Shown: piece after piece, positions 51,339 through 63,815 of the stretch | Numbering within the stretch: position 1 is the stretch's first letter | How the letters are laid out: every line of letters starts with the position of its first letter | NCBI RefSeq assembly: GCF_963921235.1 | Contig: NC_086097.1 | Span: 86,244,001 to 86,308,000, forward strand | DNA length: 64,000 nucleotides | Reading direction: 5' to 3' | From: Mobula hypostoma | Lineage: Eukaryota | The notes under the pieces: generated by a model | Database searches by the model: none | Told to the model about the DNA's origin: nothing | What the model saw: the letters and a program-made list of their open reading frames with translations, nothing else | Made by a program: the position numbers and the translations under genes

Positions 51339-52180
51339 TGTTACGTACCCTGTAACTGGGTTGCCAAACCAGCAGAAATAGATCACTCAGTTGGAGTCTG
51401 GATTACTAGAACTAAGGAAGTTTTATTAAAGAAACAAGCAACACAGTAATCGAAAGGATAATAAATGCAACAGTTCAGCAATGATAAACACACATGTGCA
51501 CAGAATTAAGGTAACAGCATCAATCAAGCTCTATCGTTATCTAGGGGTAAATGACCAATTTCAAAGTGACACAAAGTTCAGTCCAATTTAGTTCAGTTCG
51601 CAGTAATCGTTGCCATGGCGATGGACAACGTGGGGGGAGGGAGAGAGAGAACGGGAACGGCTTCCACTCACAGACCGGCGATATTGCTCACAAGCAGCTT
51701 TCGGGCTGGTCCTTTGTGATGTCACCTGAGGTCACCGACTGTGACCTCTCCTCTAGATGCGGTCGATCCTCTGCAGTGAACCCGGCACCCAAGCGAGGGT
51801 GGACACACACCGGGTTCCCGCTGATCGTACCTTTCCACCCTGTGCGTTTATGGCCCGGTACTTCCTACCAACTTGTGAGAGGCGCACCGCTTCCAGGGTC
51901 TCGTTACCTCGGGTGTCATGTGTGTCCTGCCTTAGCTAACCTGTCCCTTTTTATCCCCCTGCTGGGGTATTGCCTGTCCATCACTTCAAACAGTTCAGAG
52001 TTCAAAGGGGGAGCCGCTCTAGACAGCTCTCTCTCCCGTCCCTTCATTACACATCTCCAGATGCTGCTTCATTGTTCCTTATCTCTCCTTCCCCTGAGGA
52101 CAGGTGGCAGACCAACTGCTGATGCCACTGATGCTAGCCCAGGCCAGCAAACATCTTAATTTATGTGTATTCTCGTCACA
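51339..52180 (-). mobile_element. Solo LTR inserted next to or within a V-SINE remnant (51160-51338)
   Basis: TGTTACG...CGTCACA termini; perfect TSD ATGG (51335-51338, 52181-52184); minus-strand AATAAA near 51422. Confidence 0.85.
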
Positions 52181-53179
52181 ATGGTAATGAGGAGTGAGAA
52201 CTGTTCCATGCTGTATGACTCCAAGTCTGAGAGAGAATACTGAAGAGATTTACTGGATTGGGTCCAGGGCTGAGGAATTATTATTTTAGGTTTAGAATGG
52301 TGAAGCTGAATAGATCTTCTTGGAGCTAAAAAGTGGAGAGACAATTTGGTGGATGTGTACGAGATTGTGTTGGGCCTAGACAAGAATAAATCTGAATCAA
52401 CTAGCTTATGCTTGGAAGGCAAATGGACACAGATATATAATAACGAGAAGATACAGGAAATAATAAAGAAAGCTTCTGTAAGAGAGAATGGTTATGATTA
52501 GTTCTGCCAAACATGGTAGAAATAGTACTTCTCAGTGTTTTCATAAAATATGAGGATAAATAACTTGCAGGGTTGCAGTAAGGAGAAGGGAATGAGACTG
52601 AGTACAGAAGCTGGCATGTACTTGATAGTTCTGAATAGCCTCTTTTTATGTAATTACTGTGAGATGAGTCCATGGTTCTACGACCATGGCCCACTGAGTT
52701 GAGCCAGCCAAATATCATAGAGTTGGAGGGTCAGTCAGCACATTGGGTCCATAGCCTTCTGTTGCCTTGGAGAGTCAAGGACTCACCAAGATGATTCTTA
52801 ATGTGCTGAGAATGCCTGCTTCCACTATTTTCTGAGGAAGCATGTTCCAGGCTCCAACTATTGTACTTAAGAAAAAAAAAACCCTCAGATACCCTTTGAA
52901 CCTCCTAACTCTCATCTTGTTGGGTACACCCCCATCATGTGCAGGTTATCAGATGATATATACTTTTAAAAGAGGCAGTCATGAACTCCATTGTATTTCC
53001 AGTCACTGGGACTTCAACCGTCAAGTGCAGAGCATTCATGTGAAGAACACAGAGTGAGGGGCTGGAGGGGATTATTTGCTCCATCAATTCCACGCTGGCT
53101 CCCAGCAGAGCAATCTCATCATCCCCTTCACTTAATTCATTCTTTGTCATGTGCATTTCAGCTCCCCCCGCCATTTGCA

Positions 53180-53805
53180 AATGCAATGTTAGCATTCATT
53201 TTGAGAGAACTAGAATATAAAACCAAGGGTCTAATGCTGAGGCTTTATAAGGCACTAGTGTATTGTGAGCAGTCTTCAGCCCCTTATTTAAGAAAGGATG
53301 TGCTGGCGTTGGAGAGAGTCCAGAGGAGGTTCTCAAATATAATTCTGGCATCGATGGGCTTATCATGTGAAAAGCATTTGATGGTTCCAGGCCTGTACTC
53401 ACTGGAATTTAGAAGGATGATGGAGAATCTCACTGAAACATATCAACTGTTGAAAGGAGTAGATAGAGTGCATTTGGAGAGGATGTTTCTTATGACAGGG
53501 AGTCTAAGCCCAGAGGACACAGGCTTAGAATAGAGGGACGTCCATTTACAGTGGAGATGAGGATAAATTTCCTTAGCTAGAGGGTGGCGAATCTGTGGAA
53601 TTGGTGGCCACAGTCGGCTGTGAAGTGCAAGTCACTGGGTTTATTTAAGGTGGAGGTTTGATAGTTTATTGTTTAATCGGTTATAAAAGGTTATGGGAAG
53701 AAAGCAGGAGATTGGGGCTGAGAGGGAAATGAATCAGCCATGATGAAATGGTAGAGCAGACTAGATGGGCCAAAAGGCCTAATTCTGCTCCTATATCTTA
53801 TGGTC
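53180..53805 (+). mobile_element. CR1 3' fragment
   Basis: ANAMLAFI.R..EYK...LYKALV; CR1 3' UTR. Confidence 0.85.
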
Positions 53806-54011
53806 AGTTTTTTTTTGTCACTTACCTGTACTAAGATGAAGCCTACAGTTGGCAATTCACCTACCAGTGTGCCTTTGGGACATGGGAGGAAACCCACAGG
53901 GCCATAGGGAGAACATGCAACTTCCACACAGGTGGCACCTGAGTTCAGAATCGGATCTGAACTGTGAGATTAACTGCTGTATTCTGTGCCACCCTGTCAG
54001 GCCTTGGCATC

Positions 54012-54760
54012 TGTTACCTGTCCCATGAGTAGCTCATGAATATGATGTAATTGTCTTGTGATAGTGGGGTGATGTAATTGTCTTGTGATAGTGGGGTGAT
54101 GTGGTGTCACGTGATGGCATGTTCCAACTGGTATATAAGGGGAAACCGCAATTGTTGCGTAGTTTGTTTTGTTGGGAGTCCATTGTTGGTAGTTACGCCG
54201 TCGGAGAAGAAGAAAGAGTGAGAGTGAAGAATCTCCAGCTCCGAACGAACCCAAAAAGGATTGGGGTTAACCAGCAGCATTCGGTGCATTACGAGTGTGA
54301 CATTTGGAACCGTCCATACGTGGCACGCACGTTTTGTTAACCGTGACACTGTTTGGGTATTGTGTGATGATCACTTTGTTGAAAGGTCAGTTACGTTGAG
54401 AAATTGTATTCTGTGTCATAACTTCACACAAGGCATTTTGGCTGGGAGCGGTGTCAGCAATGACGTCTTTACTCCAGGGACTGTTCCAAAGCTGGTTTGG
54501 GAAGTCTCTCCTCTCGAATATTTCAGGAATTATTTGGACTTATTAAATTACCACCTTAGGACTGGGCTTAAATAGTATCTGTTAAGAATTGTCTTTAAGT
54601 TCGACTGTTTGATAACTATAGAGCATAATACTGTTAACATTCGTTTAATTTAATCGTTCGTTTACTGTTCCATGATTTTTTAGTACAGGTTAATAAATGT
54701 CGTTGTTTATTGTATAAAAACTCGACTCAAATTCATCTCTGTTGCTGCTGGTTTATAACA
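54012..54760 (+). mobile_element. Solo LTR
   Basis: TGTTA...TAACA termini; perfect TSD CATC (54008-54011, 54761-54764); TATATAA near 54132; AATAAA near 54692; 27-bp tandem duplication in U3. Confidence 0.85.
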
Positions 54761-55247
54761 CATCCGAGAGTCAACAAAAACTAAATAGCTTTACAAGCAT
54801 TTTGCAAAAGCACCAGTGATAAAAGTTAGAAATTTTATGGAGTTGTGTTTTGCTTTTGTGAAATGCAGCTTTGCTCCACTGTTGCAGTCCTTGGATACAG
54901 CAAGACCCTCCTCCCAGACTGGATTCATCTTCCCAGTGGAAGGCTGGGACCTGCCTTGTGTTAGTGAAGCACCTTCAATAACTCCAAAAGACTGAAGTTG
55001 GGTAAAATACTGAAAGGCTTTTATTCGCTGTACAACACGACCTCCAAGCTGAGTGTCTGCCCCTGGACTGAGGGGGAGGGGCAAGGGGAAATCACCTTTA
55101 TTCAGGACACTGTGGGAGGAGCCACAGGAACAGTCAGCAGAGGGGCGTGTCCAGACAGTTAACCCAGTTACAACATATATGGTTTACCACATTCACCCCT
55201 CCTTTTTTTTTAAAAAGAGTCCCGCGGGGTGAAGTGACTGACAATAT

Positions 55248-57903
55248 TTACAAGAAGTATATTTGCAGATCAATTCCATCAGGCAGTCGGGTCCGTCGCT
55301 GTGATCTACGTAGCACCGGTGGTGATTGCACTAGCAATGGTGGTTGTGCTGGCTCCGGCCTGACTTGAGGTGTCAGCACGTTAGGCGTCGGTAATCCCTC
55401 GCCCGGTGCTCCTGTGGGCCTCAGGTCGCGGATGGAGACCGTGTCCTCCCGCCCATCAGGTAAAACCACGTAGGCATACTGGGGGTTCGCGTGAAGTAAG
55501 TGAACCCTCTCAACCATCGGGGAGTATTTATTGCTCCTCGTATGTTTCCGGAGCAGCACTGGCCCCAGGGATGTCAGCCATGGTGGTAGGGTGGTTCCAG
55601 TGGTCGATTTTCTGGGAAATGAAAAGAGCCGCTCATGAGGGGTGGCATTGGTGGCTGTGCATAACAGGGAGCGGATGGAGTGGAGAGCCTCGGGAAGGAC
55701 CTCCTGCCAGCGGGAGACCGGCAGTCCCTTTGACCTGAGGGCTAAGAGTGTGGCTTTCCACACTGTGCCATTCTCCTTCTCTACCTGTCCATTCCCCCAG
55801 GGATTATAGCTCGTGGTCCTACTGGTTGCAATTCCCCTAGCCAGCAGGTATTGGTGCAGCTCATCACTCATAAACGAGGACCCTCTGTCACTGTGGATAT
55901 AGCATGCGTATCCGAACAGAGTGAAGAGCTTGCGCAGGGCTTTTATAACTGACGTGGTAGTAGTGACGGGGCAGGGGATGGTGAAGGGGAACCGTGAGTA
56001 CTCGTCGATAATGTTAAGAAAGTACACATTGCGGTCGGTGGAGGGAAGGGGGACCTAAAAGTCAACACTCAGTCGCTCAAAGGGGCGGGTGGCCTGATGA
56101 GTGGTGCCTTTTCGGGTCGGTAGAAGTGCGGTTTGCACTCTGCGCAGACTTGGCAGTCCCTGGTCATCATCCTGATCTCCTCAAGGGAGTAAGGCAGGTT
56201 CCGTGCTTTCATGAAGTGGAAAAGCCGGTTGACCCCCGGGTGGCAAAGATCTGTATGTAGGGCGTATAGCCGGTCGATCTGCGCGCTGGCGCATGTTCCC
56301 CGGGATAGGGCATCGGAGTGCTCATTGAGTTTCCCAGGCCTGTACATGATGTCATAGTTGTAGGTGGAGAGTTCGATTCTCCACCTCAGAATTTTATCAT
56401 TTTTGATTTTCCCCCGCTGTTGGTTATTAAACATGAATGCAACTGAGCGCTGGTCAGTTAGGGTGAACCTTTTGCCGGCGAGATAGTGCCTCCAGTGCCT
56501 AATAGCTTCCACTATGGCCTGGGCCTCTTTCTCCACCGCGGAGTGCCAAATTTCAGGGCCTTAAAGGGTACGGGAGAAGAACGCCACTGGTCTTCCCGCC
56601 TGGTTGAGGGTAGCAGCCAGCACAAAGTCGGAGGCGTCACTCTGTGCTTGGAAGGGAATGGCCTCATCCACCGCATGCATTGCTGCTTTGGCAACGTCCC
56701 CTTTAATGCAGCTGAAGGCCGCATGGGCCTCGGCTGAGAGGGGGAATGTGGTGGACTTAACCAGGGGGCGGGCCTTGTCTGCATAGTTAGAGACCCATTG
56801 GATGTAATATGAAAAGAAGCCCAGGCACCTTTTGAGGGCTCTGAGGGTATTGGGAAGAGGGAGTTCCAACGGGGGCACATATGGTCGGGGTCAGGGCCAA
56901 TGACTCCACTCTCCACGACACACCCAAGGATAGCAAGTCGGGTGGTCCCAAATACACACTTGTCCTTGTTATAGGTGAGATTGAAAGCTTTGACCACTTG
57001 GAGAAATTTTTGGAGGTTGTTGTCATGATCCTGCTGGTTGTGACCACAGATGGTGATGTTATCCAGATATGGGAATGTGGCCTTCAGTTGGCACTGGTCC
57101 ACCATCCGGTCCATTGCCCTCTGGAAGACAGGTACACCATTTGTGACACCGAAGGGGACGCGCAGGAATTGATAAAGCCTGCCGTCCGCCTCGAAGGCAG
57201 TGTAAGGGCAGTCCTCCCGGCGGATGGGGAACTGATGGTAAGCGGATTTTAGGTCTATGGTCGAGTACACCTTGTACTTTGCAATCTGATTGACCATATC
57301 TGCGATGCAGGGTAGGTGGTACGCGTCGAGCTGCATGAACCTATTGATGGTCTGGCTATAGTCCACGACCATCCTATTCTTCTCCCCGTTCCGAACAACG
57401 ACCACCTGCGCCCTCCAAGGACTTGTGCTTGCCTCAGTGACCCCCTCCCTGAGCAGCCGCTGCACCTCCGACTTAATGAAGGCTCTGTCCCCCGCGCTGT
57501 ACCTCCTGCTTTTAGTTGCCACAGGTTTACAGTCGGGGGTCAGGTTGGCGAACAGCGGTGGGGGAGGGATCTTGAGGGTGGAGAGGCCACAAGTGGTGTC
57601 AGTAGTGTGGCTGTTGGTATGGTGTTGGGTGGGATGCGCGGGTCGGTGTGTGTGTGTGGTCAGTAGCGGGGTATGTGACATATTCCTACAAAACTGGGGA
57701 TTTACGACAGTAATTGGTGGGAGGGGCCCATCATACTTCATTGTCACGCTTTTCAGGTGGCTCTGGAAGTCGAGCCCCAATAGCACAGGGGCACACAGTT
57801 GAGGCAAGACCAGTAACGTAAAGTCCCGATATTCTGTGCCCTGCACCACTAGCGTCGCTACACAACCCCCCCGGATGTCTGTTGTATGCGACCCGGAAGC
57901 CAT
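55248..57903 (-). pseudogene. pol: Pol (RT, RNase H, integrase) of the Gypsy element, frameshifted
   Basis: IDLKSAYHQ, VPFGVTN, YLDN; SDASD...FFSRTL; TDQRS; HHCC zinc finger; DEYSRF, HSDRG, NGQVE; no chromodomain visible. Confidence 0.92.
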
Positions 57904-57912
57904 GGTGACCCT

Positions 57913-59076
57913 CTAACTTACCGGCCATATCACGAGTCTGCAATGCTGCACCGTGTCCAGGTGGATAAAACTCTCCATGCTGCCTGTGTCAAACAGGCAG
58001 CTTGTCCTGCGCCTCTCCACCAGGATGTCCATCACTGACCTTGTGAACTGGTGGGGAGCGCTTTGGTCGAGGGTCACGGAGGCCAGGGTTGAGTTGCTGT
58101 CTTGGTCTGGCGCGGTGGGGTGTCCCGTGAGCACCCGTTGGTTGTAAGCAGTGGGAGGGGGCCCCGACCAAGATGGCCGCTCCCATGTCTCGCACGTGGT
58201 GGCGGCGTGCAGGGAAGGTGGCGGCAGGCAAGATGGCGACCTCCATGTCTCACACGTGGTGGCGGCGTGCAGGGGAGATGGCGGCAGGCAAGATGGCGAC
58301 CCCCATGTCTTGCACGTGGCGCTGCTCGCTCCCGCTCGCGGTTTGGGCTTACAGACCTTGCCGAAGTGGCCCTTCTTTCCGCAGCTGGAGCAGGTAGCTT
58401 GTCGAGCCGGGCAGCGCTTCCGGGGGTGCTTCTCGAGTTCGCAGAAGTAACACTTAGCGGACTCGCAACTGGCAGCAGCCGAGGTCAATTCGCTGGCGGG
58501 TTGCAGGGTCTGCGGCGCCCACAAGGCTGTCAGGGGATTGCGTGCCTGGAGAGCCTCAGAGTTATGCAGAGCGGCCTCCAGCATGTTGGCCAGCTCGATC
58601 GCCAAACGTAAGGTAAGATCAGCTTTTTCCAGCAGCCGCTGGCGCACATACACTGACCCAGTCCCCGTGACGAAGGCGTCTCTCACTAGGAGTTTTGCAT
58701 GCTGCGCTGCCGTCAGCTCCTGGCAATTGCAGGCTCGCACGAGCGTCTGTAAGGCCTGGACGAACTCAGTAATTGATTCCCCGGGCCGTTGTTATCATGT
58801 TGGTAAGTGATGTCGCGCGTAGACGCTGTTTATCGGCCGCAGGTATTGTCCTTTGAGTGCGCTCATCGCGCTGTCGTAGCTCGGCTGGTCTCTGATCAGT
58901 GAATAGACCCGTGGACTGACCCTGGAGAGTAGAACTCTGCGCTTCGCTACGGGGTCGGTCGCTTTAATCTCCTCTAGATACGCTTCGAAGCAGGCCAGCC
59001 AGAGTTCGAAAGCGTTTCCAGCTTCAGGCACTTGCGGGTCGAGGTCTAACTTGTCGGGTCTCAAAGCGTGTTCCAT
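57913..59076 (-). pseudogene. gag: Gag (two zinc knuckles) and aspartic protease of the Gypsy element; premature stops near 58795
   Basis: CYFC...H....C and CSSCGKKGHF..VC; LFDTGS protease motif. Confidence 0.9.
58171..58320. repeat. 60-bp tandem repeat (2.5 copies) within gag
   Basis: Directly visible; encodes in-frame 20-aa units. Confidence 0.9.
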
Positions 59077-61229
59077 TCTTTAAAATTTACAGTGAATAAA
59101 ATTGAAGCACCTTCAATAACTCCAAAAGGCTGAAGTTGGGTAAAATACTGAAAGGCTTTTATTTGCTGTACAATACGACCTCCATGGTGAGTGTCTGCCC
59201 TCAGACTGAGGGGGAGGGGCAAGGGGAAATCACCTTTATTCAGGATTCTGTGGGAGGAGCCACAGGGGCAGTCAGCAGAGGGCTGTGTCCAGACAGTTAA
59301 CCCAGTTACAACATATATATGGTTTACCACAGTTAGTAATCCTAAAGTGATGATTGAGCTGTTGTCCGTGAGAGATGGAAAGAGACTATTCCCATCAAGC
59401 ACATTCGTCATTTGCAGCTGTGGAGTTAGAAAACCCAGAACTGTGTGTCAAGGCTTACAATTGAACAAGGTTCCACACCCCATCCATGGTTTATAAAGAG
59501 GGTAATGAATATAAGATAAGTCTAGAAAGATGATTTTAAAATATATTTTCCAGGCATTAAGAATGGTGTTGCCTTTCGCTGAAGTGGCAGAGCTGTGTGA
59601 AATCCTCTACAATGAAGACAGAATTTGCTAATATACTCAGCAGGTCAGGCAGCATCCATGGAAAGAGGAACAGACTTAATGTTTCAAATTAAAGATCCCT
59701 AAACTTCAGCAGACTTTTGCAAAAAAATTTCATTTAGTGTGAAATCTGCCTTTGTTTTATAATTAACCCCTTTGACCCCAACACAGTTTGCCTGCTACGT
59801 AAGCATGTTCAGTGTGCAACCCAAGTGTTAATGCAGACAAACCATCCACAGGATGCCGTTTGTGAAATCATTTCCTGCTTGTGAAGTGCTGGGAAACAGA
59901 AGTCACGGCAGGGATTTCAAAGCAATGACAGGCAATTCATTAGCAGTAACAAGATGAATTTGGGAAGCTTGGCACTTCAAGAGTATCTCACCAGTTAAGT
60001 AAAGCAGAGATGTGACAAATGGAATGGGTAGGGAGCTGTAGATTGTAAATTGACTGAGAAAATTGCAAGGAGGACTGTCTTAAACAAACTAAAAGATATT
60101 CATTTCACAAGAAAATCACAGGAAATCATGCCGCGCTTGAAATGGTCCTAGGGAGAATGGAGACATCAGACAGTGTTATTGCACTAGATTACCAGCCAAT
60201 GGACCGTGACAATACTCAAACAAATTAAGTTTCCTTTGTAAAATCACAGAGGATTAAAAGGGAAAGCCTTTTAAAGAGGCAATCATTATAGACCTTTAAG
60301 CAGCAGGTTAGGTTCATGCTGTCTCACAATTTGATTAATTGCTGGGTGCAGTCATTGCCTCCTGTGCTGTTCATTGTCTGTGCACATCAGCCAATTTTTA
60401 CGAGAGGTTGCGACTACTTAAAGGCACGCTACAGCAGGGTGGCTGGGAAAAGGAGCGGGATCACTTTGTGAACTAACTCATCGGAACCCCTGGAGGAGGA
60501 GGAGCAGGTGCAGGAGAAAAGCATTTTATGTTCATTGTGGGCAGATGGCCTCCACAAGAACACAGGGAGAAAATAGTGTCTGAGTTCCGTGCTTAAGAAT
60601 AGGGCTCCAAGCATGTGGTACATGCAGGTTGCTTACTAACTGGACAAAGACTTTAAGGATGAGTTGAATCTTCACTAATGCTATCTATTGATTACAAACC
60701 TTATGTAGAATCTCTATCCATCAATCTCTACTAATAATCTGTATTAGGTTCATCCCTATCCTTTTTTTTTCAGCTTACCCCTGACTTTACTCTCACCCAA
60801 CATACAAGCCACAGCTAATGCACACTGACAATCAATTATTACACAAAGATTTTCAGTTTGCACACTTCACGTTCTACCCCCATGGAGCAGACCAGACAGG
60901 AAATAACAGCAGATATCTGGGAGCAGGACGTGCACCTCTGGGTTGAGCTTTGCGGAACCCTGCATAACAGGTTTTACTTGTGTCTTCCCATTTCATCTTC
61001 TATATCATGATCTCTTCTGACTCAGAAGGAGAAAAATGCAGAGACACGCACTTTTTCCTGCCGCCTAACCATAGCCCAGTTCTTTTCCAGATCGTGTGCC
61101 CAGGGAGACGAGTTTTCCCACACAGTGGAGGAAGAGAAAAGAAGTCAGTGACGAGATACTGTTACCTGATAACACAAGGAGGCTCACCAACCACCAGCAC
61201 CAGTCAACACCATACATGGTACAGATGAT

Positions 61230-61903
61230 TAGATTATGAGGACACTCAGTCCTCGTTTATTGTCATTTAGAAACGTATGCATTAAAAAATGATACAACGT
61301 TCCTCCAGAATGATATCACAAGAAAACACAGGACAAACCAAGACTATAACTGACAAAATCACAGAATTATAACATATAGTTACAACAGTGCAAAGCAATA
61401 CCATAATTTGATAAAGAGCAGACCATGGGCACGGTAAAAAAAAGGGTTTCAAAGTCCTGATAGCCTCATCATCTCACGCAGGCAGCAGAAGGGAGAAACT
61501 CTCCCTGCCATGAAACTCCAAGCGCCGCAAACTCGTCGATACAGCACCATTGGAAGCACCCGACTGCAATGGACTTTGAGTCCGTCGGAAAACTTCGAGC
61601 CTCCGACCAGCCCCTCCAACACAGCCTCACTGAGAACTATCCTCTGCCGAGCGCTTCGACCCTGCCCCAGCCGCCGAGCAACAAGCAAAGCCGAGGACTC
61701 GGGGCCTTCTCCTCTGGAGATTCTGGACCACACAGTAGCAGCAGCAGCGAAGCAGGCATTTCAGAAGTTTCACCAGATGTTCATCCGTCTCCATTAAATA
61801 AGAATTGTGCACGGCACCCTACTTGACAAATAACAGACATCACCACTGGAGTGGCCACTGTGAGCTGCATCGCGCCACCATCTTCTCCTCCCGCCACGCC
61901 CGA
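61230..61903 (-). mobile_element. Complete non-autonomous LINE-derived retroposon
   Basis: TSD AGATGAT (61223-61229, 61904-61910); head AAGATGGTGGCG; 3' GAGGAC/GTCCTC hairpin; homolog at 20288. Confidence 0.8.
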
Positions 61904-62517
61904 AGATGATGGAAAGATTTACACATTGCTGGACACTGCATCAGAGTAAAAGAGCCATTCTTTGGGAAAGGATAGAACAGCTTGCCTGTGAGTTCTGCTA
62001 CAGAAAAAAAAATGATGAGAACTTTGATTGGCAAGGACACATTAGTGTACAATTCAATATTCAAGAACCATCGGTTGGCTGGTGCCACACCAGTTGTTTC
62101 CACGTAACCTCTAACAGCTGCCAATGTGACCTTCTGTAGTTCCGCTCAGGGTAGCTCCAGGGTATTCCAGCAGGTTATCAATCTGTCCTTCAATAGATAT
62201 CTTCTTGGATTTGTCAGGGATAACAGTATTTGTTTTCCCTCCATTTCCTTTCTGCTCACACCCTTACCATAGCCAGCTAGCCAGTATTAGTACCAGTCAT
62301 AGTGTATTCTGAAATTAAGCTGGCAGGGCACAGAATTGTTCGAGATCACCATCTGCAAATGTTGACAGCACCCATATACCAAATAGTGATTGAGAAATTA
62401 TTGCATTGGATCACTTGGATAGACAGAGTGACTTGGAGCACAGACGCCAAGGGTATTCATATGGAATATAGGTCCAGATTTCTTCTGCATAATTTAATAT
62501 TTACTGCCCTACAACTT

Positions 62518-63815
62518 AGAAACATAGAAAACCTATAGCACAATACAGACCTTTCGGCCCACAATGCTGAACATGTACTTACTTGAGAAATTACCTAGGG
62601 TTACCCATAGCCCTCTATTTTTCTAAGCTCCATGTAGCTATCCAGGGGTCACTTAAAAGAACCTATTGTATCGACCTCCACCATAGTCGCCGGCAGCCCA
62701 TTCCACATACTTACCACTCTCTGTGTAAAAAAACTTACCCCTGACATCTCCTCTGTACCTACTTCCAAGCACGTTAAAATCGTGCCCTCTCATGTTAGCC
62801 ACTTCAACCCTGGGAAAAAGCCTCTGACTATCCACACAATCAATGCCTCTCATCATCTTATATACCTCCATCGGGTCACCTCTCATCCTCCATTACTCCA
62901 AGGAAAAAAGGCCAAGTTCACTCAAACTATTCTCATAAGGCATGCTCGCCAACTCAGGCATGCTCTAGGGTTTCACTGCTGTGTAACATGCTGTAAGGTT
63001 TCACTGATAATGTAATGGTTTCTCTGTAGCAGCAATGTTTGGGTTATGACTAGTGATAACGGGGACGAGGTCAATGGTGGACGATTGACTTATCAGTGAG
63101 CTCCAACATTGCGCAACAGACTGTTTAATAAGATTGGGCCCTTATTTTTTTCCTGTTTTTGTTTCTTTACTAACTATATAGTCAAAGTAAGAATTATAAA
63201 ACTTAATCGTTTCATCGCATATTGTGTACTGTTTTTCATTTCGGGGTACTGATTTGTAACGGGGACACATCATGTAGCATCCACCCAAACGAGATTTCTT
63301 AATTTTGGCCAGGCCAGGGGCTATCACCCCCTATATTAAGCCACTAGCCAAAGCAAGAGTTACACTTGTAAATCTCCTCTGCACCCTTTCTATAGTTTCC
63401 ACATCCTTCCTATAGTGAGGTGACCAGAACTAAGCACAATACTCGTAGTGAGGTCTGACCAGGGTCCTATATAACAGTACCATTACCTCTCGGCTCTTGA
63501 ACTCAATCCCATGGTTGATGAAGGCCAATATACCATATGCCTTCTTAACCACACCGTCCACTTGTGCAGCAGCTTTGAGTGTCCTATGGACTTGGACCCC
63601 AAGATCCTTCTGATCCTCCACACTGTCAAGAGTCTTACCATTAATACTATATTCTGCCATCATATTTGACCTACCAAACTGAACCACCTCACACTTATCT
63701 GGGTTGAACTCCATCTGCCACTTCTCAGCCCAGTTTTGCATCCTATCAATGTCCCACTGTAACCTCTGACAGCCCTCCACACTATCCACAACACCTCCAA
63801 ACTTTGTGTCATCTT
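62518..63815 (-). mobile_element. CR1 3' fragment interrupted by an LTR-like insert
   Basis: ORFs 63430-63789 and 62653-62886 are consecutive CR1 ORF2 pieces. Confidence 0.9.
62982..63364 (+). mobile_element. Solo LTR related to 25176-25794
   Basis: TGTAAC...GTTACA termini; shared GAGCTCCAAC block and overall layout; TSD not clear. Confidence 0.65.

Larger units (their letters stand above)
54965..59331 (-). mobile_element. Full-length Gypsy/Ty3 LTR retrotransposon (Mag-like architecture), mutated
   Basis: LTRs 59103-59331 and 54965-55191 (about 14 substitutions plus a 2-nt indel by eye); TSD GTTAG (54960-54964, 59332-59336); polypurine tract at about 55192-55210; gag-PR-RT-RH-IN order. Confidence 0.97.

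Noticed and set aside
51551..52159. 202-aa ORF
   Set aside because: Lies wholly within a solo LTR on its antisense strand; no protein motifs.
60980..62139. Open frame that would be continuous if the 61230-61903 insert were removed
   Set aside because: The translation resembles nothing I recognise; could be chance.
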